DNA of 64,000 bases from an uncultured Oscillospiraceae bacterium. Lineage in GTDB: Bacteria; Bacillota; Clostridia; Christensenellales; Aristaeellaceae. Below the pieces are notes generated by a model. That model worked only from the letters and a program-made list of their open reading frames with translations, ran no database searches and was not told where the DNA came from. Each line of letters begins with the position of its first letter. Within the stretch, counting starts at the first letter, position 1. This document shows, in pieces, positions 9,180 through 18,365 of this stretch. The translations under genes were made by a program, and so were the position numbers. Location of the stretch: contig CAZINY010000001.1 in the NCBI GenBank assembly GCA_964540735.1, forward strand, positions 41,305 through 105,304, written 5' to 3'.

Positions 9180-9347
9180 GTTTTATCAGACATTCCTTTC
9201 ATGTATTGAATCAACTGTTGGATACCAGGGCGGCTGTCTTAGGGCAGGCTTGGTTCCAGCAGCGGAAGGGAAAGGAACGCGCCGGTTGGAACGCTGGGAC
9301 TAGGAGGCTCCACGCTTTCTTCACCTCTTTCATTAAGAATCCGTTTA

Positions 9348-9376
9348 ACTATACCACAGGAACGCAAAAAAAGCAA
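9348..9376 (-). promoter_or_regulatory. Candidate sigma-A promoter of the corC-family gene
   Basis: On the minus strand: TTGCTT, 17-nt spacer, TGgTATAGT. This implies a leader of about 160 nt. Confidence 0.45.
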
Positions 9377-9450
9377 ATCCGGGCGCCGGAACAGTCGCAA
9401 TGGGAAACGCAAGAAGCTTGGAAATTTCGCCCACCCGGCGGCGGGCCGCA

Positions 9451-9479
9451 TTGCTTCCTGGCGCTTTTTTCGTTATAAT
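9451..9479 (+). promoter_or_regulatory. Candidate sigma-A promoter of the DUF951 gene
   Basis: TTGCTT, 17-nt spacer, TATAAT, about 30 nt upstream of the RBS AAAGGAG. Confidence 0.5.
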
Positions 9480-9511
9480 ATCGGTATCCTAGCGCAAAGG
9501 AGCAGGCAAAC

Positions 9512-9727
9512 ATGGATGAAATTCGTTTGGGCGATGTGGTGCAGACCAAGAAGAACCATCCCTGCGGTTCCAATACGTGGACCGTCATACGCACCGGCGC
9601 GGATATCAAGATACGCTGTAACGGATGCGGGCACATTGTGATGATGGAGCGGGAAGTATTTCTCAAGCGCCGCAAGAAGGTGCTTCAGCAGGGGCCGGAC
9701 CCGGCGGAGGCGGGGAAGGGTTGCTGA
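9512..9727 (+). CDS. DUF951 family protein
   Basis: GDVVQTKKNHPCGSNTWTVIRTGADIKIRCNGCGH is the typical DUF951 zinc-ribbon-like core. Confidence 0.8.
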   Translation: MDEIRLGDVVQTKKNHPCGSNTWTVIRTGADIKIRCNGCGHIVMMEREVFLKRRKKVLQQGPDPAEAGKGC

Positions 9728-9767
9728 TGAAACATATGTCGTGGCGGCGGGAAGAAAGGGGCATGCC

Positions 9768-10307
9768 ATGGATCTCCTTCAGTTTGCGGCGGTTCTGCTG
9801 GCTGCGTTGGCGCTGCGCAGATGGTGCTTTCAGCTGATTCGCGTGCGGGGAAACAGCATGAACGCTGCGCTGCGGGACGGCGACCTGTTGCTGGTAACCT
9901 GCTTTGAATACATCTTCCGTGCGCCGCGGCGGCAGGAAGTGGTGATTTGCCTGTATCCTGGCAGGTATTGCAGGCGCTGCAAATGGATGCGCCAGCGCTT
10001 TGTCAAGCGCGTCCTCGGCCTGCCCGGGGAAACGGTGGAAATCCGCGACAGTGTGGTGTACATTAACGGCCGCCCGATTCGGGAGCCATACCTGGACCCG
10101 GGGAAAACAAGGCGCATTTATCAAATGCCTCCACGGACGCTGGGCGCGCGGGAAGTCTTTGTCCTGGGGGATAACCGGGACAGTTCCAACGATAGCCGCC
10201 GGATTGGTCCCCTTGATGTGAGCATGCTGCGGGGGCGCGTGCGACGCGTACTGCTGCGCCCGGGCGGACGCTTTGCAAAAACTCAGCTTTCCGACGGCCA
10301 CAGGTAG
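9768..10307 (+). CDS. lepB: Signal peptidase I
   Basis: GNSM (catalytic Ser), KRVLGLPGE (catalytic Lys box) and GDNRDSSNDSR motifs. Confidence 0.9.
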   Translation: MDLLQFAAVLLAALALRRWCFQLIRVRGNSMNAALRDGDLLLVTCFEYIFRAPRRQEVVICLYPGRYCRRCKWMRQRFVKRVLGLPGETVEIRDSVVYINGRPIREPYLDPGKTRRIYQMPPRTLGAREVFVLGDNRDSSNDSRRIGPLDVSMLRGRVRRVLLRPGGRFAKTQLSDGHR

Positions 10308-11338
10308 GAAGCCACGCCCCAGCCCAGGTTGTCCAGGCTCACATCTTCCAACTGCGCTTGCATGGGCGCGCAAAGCGTCAAGGTTTGCGTTACCGGAGCG
10401 CACAAGGCCGACGATACCGGCGTGCCGGAAGCGTCCCAGAGCGTGAGGACGCCTTTTTCGTGCAGCAGGGCCAGATAATCCTCCAGAGCGAGCCCCAGGG
10501 CATGCATCAGAGCGGCATGGGCTTTGCCGACGTAACGGAAGTGATAGGCGTCGCAGGATGGGTCGGGGTCGGGCGCGTCCTCGCCATAGCGATGAATCAG
10601 TCCGAACCGCCAGCTATTCTCCAGCAGCCATTGCCCTTCCGCGGAAGCGCTGAGGGGTTCGCTTCGGGGCAGCTGGTCCCAACCGTCGCATAGGCGGATG
10701 TCCACGGCCCAGGCGGTCTGGTGCTCCGAGGCTCCGGCGGGAGCGATTTCGCGCATGGCCTGGGCAAAGGCATCCTCCAGGGACAGGGCGTTGGCCAGCT
10801 GGCAGAAGCGTTCAATTTGAAGGTTCTTCTGCTGGGCGGCGGAAACGCTTCCGCGGAAAACGGTCAAAAGGTTGATATGGTTTTGTCGCGCGGCGGCGAA
10901 GAGCGCTTCCAGGGCCAGCAGGGTATCTTCCCCGAGCACCGCCTGAAGATCCCGGCAGGCGATGGTTCCGTGGGAATGCGCCAGAATGTTGAACGTGTTG
11001 GGAGCGGCGGCTTCCTGTGGCAGCGGATGCGCCCGGTCCACAAGCATCATGCGCCCGGAGGCCAGGCGCTGGGCGTCATAGGAAACCGCGGCGGTCCAAG
11101 CGTCCCGGGGCAGGGAGGCCGTGACAGAGGCAGGCAATGGGGCCTGCGTCCCGGCGGATACGTCCGGAAGCGCGGCGACGGCCTGGTAGACGGAAGAGGC
11201 TTCCGTACGGGGGCGCAAAAGCAGACACATGCCGCCCAGCAAGCCCAACGCCAGCACAAAGACCAGGAACGCCCTGGCGATTTGCCGACGTTCGCCGTGC
11301 CGCGCAGGCCGTGGGGGACGATAGGGATTCATATACAT
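10283..11338 (-). CDS. M15-family D-alanyl-D-alanine carboxypeptidase (VanY-like), membrane anchored
   Basis: SEHQTAWAVDI and YHFRYVG motifs plus an N-terminal TM segment. GGAGG RBS lies 6 nt before the ATG at 11338. Confidence 0.8.
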   Translation of the reverse strand: MYMNPYRPPRPARHGERRQIARAFLVFVLALGLLGGMCLLLRPRTEASSVYQAVAALPDVSAGTQAPLPASVTASLPRDAWTAAVSYDAQRLASGRMMLVDRAHPLPQEAAAPNTFNILAHSHGTIACRDLQAVLGEDTLLALEALFAAARQNHINLLTVFRGSVSAAQQKNLQIERFCQLANALSLEDAFAQAMREIAPAGASEHQTAWAVDIRLCDGWDQLPRSEPLSASAEGQWLLENSWRFGLIHRYGEDAPDPDPSCDAYHFRYVGKAHAALMHALGLALEDYLALLHEKGVLTLWDASGTPVSSALCAPVTQTLTLCAPMQAQLEDVSLDNLGWGVASYLWPSES

Positions 11339-11598
11339 GGAGCGCCTCCAGCATGCAAGTGATATTGCCCTTAGTATGCCGCTGTACAAGGCGGGTTATC
11401 CCTCAGCGGCTGAAAATGCGTCTTTCGGCGGCGGAAATTTCCGTGTAACATTCTGCGGATTCCGTGATGGAAAAAAGGAATTGTCTATCCCGATGGAGAA
11501 TTTTCTATTGTATTTTTTTATTATTACCAACGCATGCGCGGCGCTGTACGTTATGCGCTCAAACGGAGAAATGACAGGAAGGATGGTCGATCTTCACC

Positions 11599-13122
11599 AT
11601 GAAGAAACAATTGCTCTTCACGCTCCTTGTGTTGCTGGGGGTGCTGTTCTGCGCAGCAGCCAGCGCGCAGACGTTCACCTTTGAGAACATTCATGCCACA
11701 TGCGAGGTGAGCGACGACTACATTCTGTTGACTCCGGAGAATCTGTCGGAGCATCCCGAGTGGGTGGCCAATCAGGGAACCACGGTGGAGGAGATGCTGG
11801 CGCAGTGGGCGGAGGAAGGCGTTTTGCTGGAGGCGTGGGATACCGCTGGCGACGCGCGGCTGCGGATTTCCGCTATCCAGGACGAACAGTCCAAAATGTA
11901 TTTTGACCTGGATCAGCAATCCACCCAGATGCGCACCAATTTCCGCACCGGCCATGATAAAGGGACGATCTATTCCGAAAACGGTATTACTTATTCCGCT
12001 GCGGACTGGAAAACCATCAGCGACGAGGCGGGGCGTTTCCTGACGCTGACCTATAAGCAGAATTACCAGGGAACCACCTACCGCGGTTATGCCCGCCGGA
12101 CCATCCGCAACGGTTACACCATTACCGTGGATTTCCGCGTGAGGGACCGGGAGCTGAAGTCCGCCGACCGTAACGCGCTGGTGGACGTCATGCTCACCTG
12201 GAAGTTCACGGAAATCGAGGAATTGCCCGCCGACGCGGTGGGCGCGGTGGTCTTTGACAACGAGCCTCCGGCGGAAACCAATACCGGCAGCTTTACCGTG
12301 GAGGGCAACTGTCTGGCGGGGCTGCAGGTGGTCGGCGTGGTTATGCGCATGTCTTCTCCCGATCCCATCCGCGTGGAAGATACAGCCAATAAGTCCGGAG
12401 ACTTCTCTCTGGATGTGGAGCTTGCGGAGGAAGGCGTATACCTGATGACCGTCAGCGTGTTCAATGGGGATACGGTAGTCTCCGAAAAGGTGTTCAATAC
12501 TACTACCTATCAAAAGAATATGATTCCCGTAAACCTGGATACGCCTTTGCCCACGGAGCTCACCGGGGATAAGCTGGTAATTTCGGGTACGACCGTGAAA
12601 AATGTGACCGTTCAGTGCATGGTGGGGGATTATGCCAAAAAGGTGACGACCAATAACTCCGGCGAATTTTCCTTTACCATTGATACTTCCGCCGAGGGAG
12701 AGTATAACCTGGTACTGGCTTTTGACAAGAAGGACTATACTTCCCGGCGCATGACGCAGACCATGACCCGCGTTCTTACCGAGGCGGACCGGCAGCGTCA
12801 ATGGCGGGAAGAAGCGGTTCAGCCGGCCTATTCCACCCTGACGGACAAGCTGTCCGGCTATACGGGCCGGGTCATGGGCTACACCCTTTATGTAGTCAGC
12901 TATGAGCAGACCAGCGACGGCCAGTGGGTGATTCAAATGGCCATGGATAAAAAGAGCGGCCAGTATCGCAATATCGTGATCGTGACCACCATGGATGAAC
13001 CGCAGCTGATCCTGGATAGCGAAGTAAAAATGTATGGCCGGTGTACCGGAAGCTATACGGTGGAGGACGCTACCGGCGCATCCAAGGAATATCCCAGCTT
13101 TGAGTTGCTGTTCTGGGACTAA
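11599..13122 (+). CDS. Secreted protein with Ig-like/beta-sandwich repeats, hypothetical
   Basis: Signal peptide MKKQLLFTLLVLLGVLFCAAASAQ. No recognisable catalytic motif. Confidence 0.7.
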   Translation: MKKQLLFTLLVLLGVLFCAAASAQTFTFENIHATCEVSDDYILLTPENLSEHPEWVANQGTTVEEMLAQWAEEGVLLEAWDTAGDARLRISAIQDEQSKMYFDLDQQSTQMRTNFRTGHDKGTIYSENGITYSAADWKTISDEAGRFLTLTYKQNYQGTTYRGYARRTIRNGYTITVDFRVRDRELKSADRNALVDVMLTWKFTEIEELPADAVGAVVFDNEPPAETNTGSFTVEGNCLAGLQVVGVVMRMSSPDPIRVEDTANKSGDFSLDVELAEEGVYLMTVSVFNGDTVVSEKVFNTTTYQKNMIPVNLDTPLPTELTGDKLVISGTTVKNVTVQCMVGDYAKKVTTNNSGEFSFTIDTSAEGEYNLVLAFDKKDYTSRRMTQTMTRVLTEADRQRQWREEAVQPAYSTLTDKLSGYTGRVMGYTLYVVSYEQTSDGQWVIQMAMDKKSGQYRNIVIVTTMDEPQLILDSEVKMYGRCTGSYTVEDATGASKEYPSFELLFWD

Positions 13123-13146
13123 GAGCAGAAACGCTACGGGGCCGTC

Positions 13147-14187
13147 ATGGAAAGGAGACTGCTTGTGACGCAAGCCCATACCCTCAAGTGTCCGTCTTGC
13201 GGCGCATATCTGGTCTATGAGCCGGAAAAGGAGAAGCTGGTCTGTCCATTCTGCGAAGCGGAATTTACGCAGGAACAGGTGGAGAAACAGGACGCGCCTC
13301 CGCAGGAGGCGGCGCCGCGTACGCATTCCTACCATTGCTCTTCCTGCGGCGCCGAGCTGGTAACCGACGAGACCACCGCCGCTACATTTTGCTATTATTG
13401 CCACAATCCCGTTACGTTAATGGACCGTGTTTCCGAGGAATTTCATCCCGACGGCATGATACCTTTTGCCATCAACCGGGAGGGTGCGCTGGAAAAATTC
13501 AAAGAGTTTCTGGCCCAAAGACGGTTTGTGCGCCGGGAATTTTTTGCCCAGGAGGCTTTGGAAAAACTGACGGGGGTGTATTACCCCTTCTGGATGGGCG
13601 AGCTTTCCGGCTGGGGAGAGTATCAGGGCGAAGGAACGCGCGTATCGGTTGCCAGTACGCCCAAGTATGACGTTATTACCACCCGTTTCTTCCATATACA
13701 CCGGACAGGCGGCATCCGCTTCCGCCAAATGATGCGCAAGGCGTTGAATCAATGCGACCGCAAGCTGGCTGACGGCGTTCATCCTTACCGGTTTGATGCG
13801 CTGCGCCCGTTTTCCACGGCGCTGTTGAGCGGTTATATGGCGCACCGGCGGGACGTCCCCATGGCGTCCGCTCAGGCTGACATGGAGCGGGAGGCGCAGG
13901 AGAACGCCAGGCAGATTATGACGCAGGGCTTGCATTACGATACCCTGCATGGTTCGGCTACCTTCCAGACCCAGGAAGCGCATCTGCGCTATCTGCTGCT
14001 GCCCACCTGGGTGCTGACGTACCGGAACAGGGCGGACGGGGAAACCTATTACTACATGATGAACGCGCAGACCGGGAACGTGTGCGGAAAGCTGCCCATC
14101 AACTGGGGCAAGCTGCTGGGCATTGCAGCGACCGTGGGAGCGGCCGTGAGCGGTTTGCTTTGCCTGGGAGGTGCGCTGCTATGGTGA
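13147..14187 (+). CDS. Double zinc-ribbon protein with C-terminal TM anchor, hypothetical
   Basis: CPSCG..CPFC and CSSCG..CYYC ribbons. The C-terminus LLGIAATVGAAVSGLLCLGGALLW is a TM segment. Confidence 0.7.
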   Translation: MERRLLVTQAHTLKCPSCGAYLVYEPEKEKLVCPFCEAEFTQEQVEKQDAPPQEAAPRTHSYHCSSCGAELVTDETTAATFCYYCHNPVTLMDRVSEEFHPDGMIPFAINREGALEKFKEFLAQRRFVRREFFAQEALEKLTGVYYPFWMGELSGWGEYQGEGTRVSVASTPKYDVITTRFFHIHRTGGIRFRQMMRKALNQCDRKLADGVHPYRFDALRPFSTALLSGYMAHRRDVPMASAQADMEREAQENARQIMTQGLHYDTLHGSATFQTQEAHLRYLLLPTWVLTYRNRADGETYYYMMNAQTGNVCGKLPINWGKLLGIAATVGAAVSGLLCLGGALLW

Positions 14188-14996
14188 AAAAGCTGTGCGC
14201 CCTGCTGGCAGCGCTGCTGTTTCCCCTGACGGCGCTGGCGGAGCTGCCTGTGGTGGTGGACGACGCGGCGCTGTTCACATCGCAGGAGGAAGCTGAAATT
14301 GAGCAGCGGGCACAGGAAATCAGCCAACGCTACCAGGTGGATGTGGTGATTGTCACCAGCTACGAACCGCGAACGGGGCAATCGCTGGCCTATGCCGATG
14401 ATTACTACGACGAGCATGGTTACGGCGTGGGGGAGGATCGTTCGGGACTGCTCTACTTGATTGATATGCATAACCGGGTGCCAACCATTTCCACCGCGGG
14501 GATCATGATTGATATGATTACTGACAGCAGGCTTCAGGCGTTGTTCGACTGCAGCTATGATGCTTTGGCTGCAGGCGACTACGCAGAATCCACGCTGCAG
14601 TTGCTGGACCGGCTGGAAACCTTCATGGCCGCAGGCGTGCAGGAAGGTTCCTTCCGGTATGATACCGCCACAGGGGAGCGCCTAAGCGGGCGGTACAACA
14701 GGCTTACCACTGGGGAAATTTGGGTGGCGGTGCTGGCGGGCTTAGGCACGGCGGTAGCGATGGTGGCCGCGGTCGTGGCCAGATATCGGCTCCGGGGAAG
14801 CACCTATCATTATGATTTGAACGCCCATAGCGATTTTCACGTGGAGACGGACGATGAGCGCTATCTTCGGAGTACCGTGGTGCATCGGGCAAAGCCGCAA
14901 AACGGCGGAGGCCCGGGCGGCGGGGGAATGGGAAGCGGCGTGCATACCTCCTCGGGCGGTCATTCCCATGGCGGGGGCAGCGGACGGGGCTTTTGA
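14181..14996 (+). CDS. TPM domain-containing protein (YgcG-like) with TM and Gly-rich tail
   Basis: Signal peptide, then a TPM-like region (VVDDAALFTSQEEAEIEQ..LLYLIDMHNR). Its start overlaps the upstream stop (ATGGTGA). Confidence 0.75.
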   Translation: MVKKLCALLAALLFPLTALAELPVVVDDAALFTSQEEAEIEQRAQEISQRYQVDVVIVTSYEPRTGQSLAYADDYYDEHGYGVGEDRSGLLYLIDMHNRVPTISTAGIMIDMITDSRLQALFDCSYDALAAGDYAESTLQLLDRLETFMAAGVQEGSFRYDTATGERLSGRYNRLTTGEIWVAVLAGLGTAVAMVAAVVARYRLRGSTYHYDLNAHSDFHVETDDERYLRSTVVHRAKPQNGGGPGGGGMGSGVHTSSGGHSHGGGSGRGF

Positions 14997-15042
14997 CGGA
15001 ACGCCTGTGATGCAGCCAGGCAAAGGAGCGTGACACGATCCC

Positions 15043-15540
15043 ATGGTGCAGTTGCAGGAATATGACATTACGCTTGAGCAGGATGCGCTAGCATTGATTC
15101 AGGGGTTCTGGCTGGCGCATAATCAGTACAAACAATCTGACGCGGAGGCTCGGACAGACCTTGACGCCTGGACGCGTACAGGGCACCGTTTTTACCTGAT
15201 TCGTACGGAAGAAGGATGGGTTGGCTTTTTGCATTTAGGCAGCCGGGGCGGCGCATGCGACTGGTTGGAAGATCTTTTTGTAAAACCCGAGCACCAGAAC
15301 CATGGCATTGGCACAGAGGCAATCAGGCTTGCGGAGGAAATCGTGAGCGCCTATTCCGTTTCCATGTACATTGAAGCTGCCGCAAGAAATCAACGGGCGA
15401 TCAGCCTGTACCATCGGCTGGGATACCAGTGCTTGAATACGATCTCCGTCCGAAAGGATTTTCCTGGCTTTGCCTATGACGTGAAGCGGGAAGAGACGCT
15501 CTATGGCTGTCCCTTTGAAATTCGGACTGCAAAGGAATAA
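15043..15540 (+). CDS. GNAT family N-acetyltransferase
   Basis: Acetyl-CoA binding stretch QNHGIGTEAIRLAEE and ARNQRAISLYHRLGY. Confidence 0.85.
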   Translation: MVQLQEYDITLEQDALALIQGFWLAHNQYKQSDAEARTDLDAWTRTGHRFYLIRTEEGWVGFLHLGSRGGACDWLEDLFVKPEHQNHGIGTEAIRLAEEIVSAYSVSMYIEAAARNQRAISLYHRLGYQCLNTISVRKDFPGFAYDVKREETLYGCPFEIRTAKE

Positions 15541-15579
15541 AAGTACAACGGAAAAAGAGCGTTGTAAAGCGGACGGGCG

Positions 15580-15794
15580 CTCAGATTGTTGAAAAAGGGC
15601 ATATTCTTCATGAGGCTATATAGAAAATGAGATTACGGCCTTCCTTACTTGCAAAAATGCAACAAGTATGGGGCCGAAGGGGCACAAGGGGCGATCGGAA
15701 GGCCCTCTGGTCGCGTCCGCAGGCGCGAAATTTCCTGTACTTACAAGCATGCAAGGGTCAATTTGCAAAAAAAGAAGCAAAAAACATTGTCAAC
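15580..15794 (+). repeat. MITE-like structured intergenic repeat, copy B
   Basis: Core is 15648-15794. The left flank 15580-15647 aligns with the right flank of copy A. Hairpins abut both ends. Confidence 0.8.
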
Positions 15795-15798
15795 GGAC

Positions 15799-15831
15799 AA
15801 AGCGCCCCCGCCCATCGGGCAGGGGCGCTTT
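15799..15831. terminator. GC hairpin between repeat copy B and rnfB
   Basis: AAAGCGCCCCCGCCC ATC GGGCAGGGGCGCTTT, with one C/A mismatch. Confidence 0.5.
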
Positions 15832-15932
15832 CTCAATCACAAAAAGAGGGCTTACCGAACCGGTGAGCCACCGGTGGTAAGCCCTTGTGCTTGTGTGATG
15901 AGCAAAATCCAGTAACAGCCGAAAATGAAGAA

Positions 15933-17126
15933 TTACTTCGCCTTCTCGGTCTGCACCGTGGTTTCGTTGCTCTTCATGGGATTGCTGGTCTCCTTGGCAG
16001 CGGCCTCACGGGCAGCCTTGGCCTCCAGCGCAGCCTTGATCTTGGCCTCCATTTCAGGGGTGCGCTGAGGCGCGGCAGCGGGCTTCACTGCCAGCACTTC
16101 TTCAGGCGTCGTGCCAACCTTGGCATTGGCGTCGCGGGTATGCTCGCGAACCTTCAGGGTAATGCACTTCTTGGGGCACTTCTCGGCGCACTTGCCGCAG
16201 CCGGTGCAGGCGTTCGTGACCACATGGGGTTTTTTCACTTCGCCTACAATGGCTTCAAACTGGCACTGACGCTTGCACATGCCGCAGCCGATGCATTCGT
16301 CCTTGTTGATTTCAGCGATCTTGCGGTTGTCCCAGTCTGCCCAAATGGCGCCGGTGGGGCAGGCTTCGGCGCACATCATGCAGCCGCGGCACTTGTCCAG
16401 GTCAATCTTGGGCAGGTGGTTCACCATGGTAATGGCTTCAAACTTGCAGGCGAGGGCGCAACGCTCGCAGCCGATGCAGCCCACGCGGCAGTTGTCGCTG
16501 ACCAGGTAGCCCTCGTCCGCAGCGCGGCACAGCAGGCGCACGGGACGGGTCACCGGCTGCAGCTCAAGCACATGCTTGGGACAGGCTTCCACGCACTTCC
16601 CGCAGCTCTGGCACTTCTCGGGGTCCACCACGGCGATTTTCAGGCGCTCGTCAATGTGAATCGCATCGAAGGGACAGGCGCGCACACAGGTACCGAGACC
16701 CAGGCAAGCGTACTTGCAGGCGCGGTTGCCGTCGGAAACCAGGGTCGCGGCAACGCAGTCCTGAATGCCGGTATACTTGAATTTGTTCTTGCAATGCTCA
16801 ATATCGCCCTGGCAGATTACCTGGGCAACCTTCTTTACGGCGGTGGTATCGGCGACGACGCCCATGATGTCGGCAATCTTTGCCGCAACGTCCGCGCCGC
16901 CGACGGGGCAGGCGTTTACGGGCGCCTTGCCGGCAGCGATGGCGTCAGCGCAGCCGTCGCAGCCGGGATAGCCACAACCGCCGCAGTTAGCGCCGGGCAG
17001 CACCTCGCGCACGGCGTCGCGCTTGGGATTGGTAGGTACCGCGAACACCTTGGAGGCGCCCGTCAGCAGCAGGCCGAAGATCAGGCCCATGGCGCCCAGG
17101 ATAATGGCAGCCCACAAAATATCCAT
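15933..17126 (-). CDS. rnfB: Rnf complex subunit B with extended polyferredoxin and Ala/Lys-rich tail
   Basis: N-terminal TM, CGGCGYPGCDGCA cluster motif and several CxxCxxCxxxCP motifs. Confidence 0.9.
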   Translation of the reverse strand: MDILWAAIILGAMGLIFGLLLTGASKVFAVPTNPKRDAVREVLPGANCGGCGYPGCDGCADAIAAGKAPVNACPVGGADVAAKIADIMGVVADTTAVKKVAQVICQGDIEHCKNKFKYTGIQDCVAATLVSDGNRACKYACLGLGTCVRACPFDAIHIDERLKIAVVDPEKCQSCGKCVEACPKHVLELQPVTRPVRLLCRAADEGYLVSDNCRVGCIGCERCALACKFEAITMVNHLPKIDLDKCRGCMMCAEACPTGAIWADWDNRKIAEINKDECIGCGMCKRQCQFEAIVGEVKKPHVVTNACTGCGKCAEKCPKKCITLKVREHTRDANAKVGTTPEEVLAVKPAAAPQRTPEMEAKIKAALEAKAAREAAAKETSNPMKSNETTVQTEKAK

Positions 17127-17139
17127 TGCTTCGTCCCCC

Positions 17140-17718
17140 TTACTTGATCAGGCCGCCGAAGCCCATGAAGGACACGGCCATCAGGCCCGCGGTTACCAGC
17201 GCGCCGGGGAAGCCGTCCATCCACTTGGGCATATGGCTCAGGCTCAGACGTTCGCGAATGCCGGCCATGAGCAGCAGCGCCAGGGTGAAGCCCAGGGCGG
17301 CGCTGCAGCCGCTGACCACGCTCTCCAGCAGGTTGTAGCCCGTGTCGGAGTTCAGAATGGCCGCGCCCAGCACGGCGCAGTTGGTGGTAATCAGGGGCAG
17401 ATATACGCCCAACGCTTGATACAGGGAGAAACTCAGCTTCTTCAGCGCCATTTCCACCAGCTGCACCAGTACGGCGATCACCAGGATGAAGGCGATGGTG
17501 CGCATGTACATCAGGTCGAAGGGAACCAGCAGGAAGTGCTCCACCAGCCAGGACATGAAGCAAGCCAGCGTCATGACGAAGGTAACCGCCATGCCCATGC
17601 CCAGGGCCGTGTCCACCTTCTTGGAAACGCCCAGGAAGGGGCAGATACCCATAAACTTGTTCATGACGTAGTTGTTGACCAGTATGGAGCCGATCAGAAT
17701 GGTAAGGTACGTATTCAT
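17140..17718 (-). CDS. rnfA: Rnf complex subunit A
   Basis: ILVNNYVMNKFMGICPFLGVSKK signature. 192 aa polytopic protein. Confidence 0.9.
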   Translation of the reverse strand: MNTYLTILIGSILVNNYVMNKFMGICPFLGVSKKVDTALGMGMAVTFVMTLACFMSWLVEHFLLVPFDLMYMRTIAFILVIAVLVQLVEMALKKLSFSLYQALGVYLPLITTNCAVLGAAILNSDTGYNLLESVVSGCSAALGFTLALLLMAGIRERLSLSHMPKWMDGFPGALVTAGLMAVSFMGFGGLIK

Positions 17719-18365
17719 CAGGCCAGCTCCTCCTTTGCCTTCATTTCTTTGCGGCGGGCCAAGCCCTTGCGGATGCCGTTAACCAGGATCAGCAGCAGGC
17801 CCAGGGTGATGAATCCGCCGGGAACCTGCAGCATAATGGCCATGGGCTCGTAGCTTTCGGGCATCAGCTGCGCGCCGAAAATGGTGCCGCTGCCCAGCAG
17901 CTCACGGATGGCGGAGAGAATGGTGATCGCGCCGGTGAAGCCCAGGCCCATGCCCAGGCCGTCGGCCAGGGAAGCGATGGGGGGATTCTTGAAGGCGAAG
18001 GCCTCCGCACGGGCGAAGATGATGCAGTTCACCACGATCAAGGGGATGTACACGCCCAGCGCGTCGCTCAGGTCAGGCAGATAAGCCTTGAGCAGCATTT
18101 CCACGATGGACACGAAGGAGGCGATGACCACGATGAAGGCGGGAATGCGAATCCGCTCGGAGATGATGTTCCGCAGCAGGGAAATCAGCAGGTTGGAGCA
18201 GATGAGCACCGCCGTGGTGGCCAGGCCCATGCCGATGCCGTTCATGGCCGCGGTGGTAACGCCCAGGGTGGGGCACATACCCAGCATCAGCACAAAGGTG
18301 GGATTTTCCGTAATCAAACCGTTCATGAAAACCTGAAAGGCATTCTTTTTCTGCGTGTCAGGCAT
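17718..18365 (-). CDS. rnfE: Rnf complex subunit E
   Basis: NGLITENPTFVLMLGMCPTLGVTT signature. Confidence 0.9.
   Translation of the reverse strand: MPDTQKKNAFQVFMNGLITENPTFVLMLGMCPTLGVTTAAMNGIGMGLATTAVLICSNLLISLLRNIISERIRIPAFIVVIASFVSIVEMLLKAYLPDLSDALGVYIPLIVVNCIIFARAEAFAFKNPPIASLADGLGMGLGFTGAITILSAIRELLGSGTIFGAQLMPESYEPMAIMLQVPGGFITLGLLLILVNGIRKGLARRKEMKAKEELA

Noticed and set aside
9180-9347. M-box (Mg2+) riboswitch upstream of the CorC-family gene
   Set aside because: Isolated strings resemble M-box segments as I recall them (AGGTGA, GCTGCTG, CAACAG). However, their spacing is not collinear with the B. subtilis mgtE M-box, and the whole 3' half (P4-P6 equivalent) has no counterpart. I kept it only as an unclassified leader.
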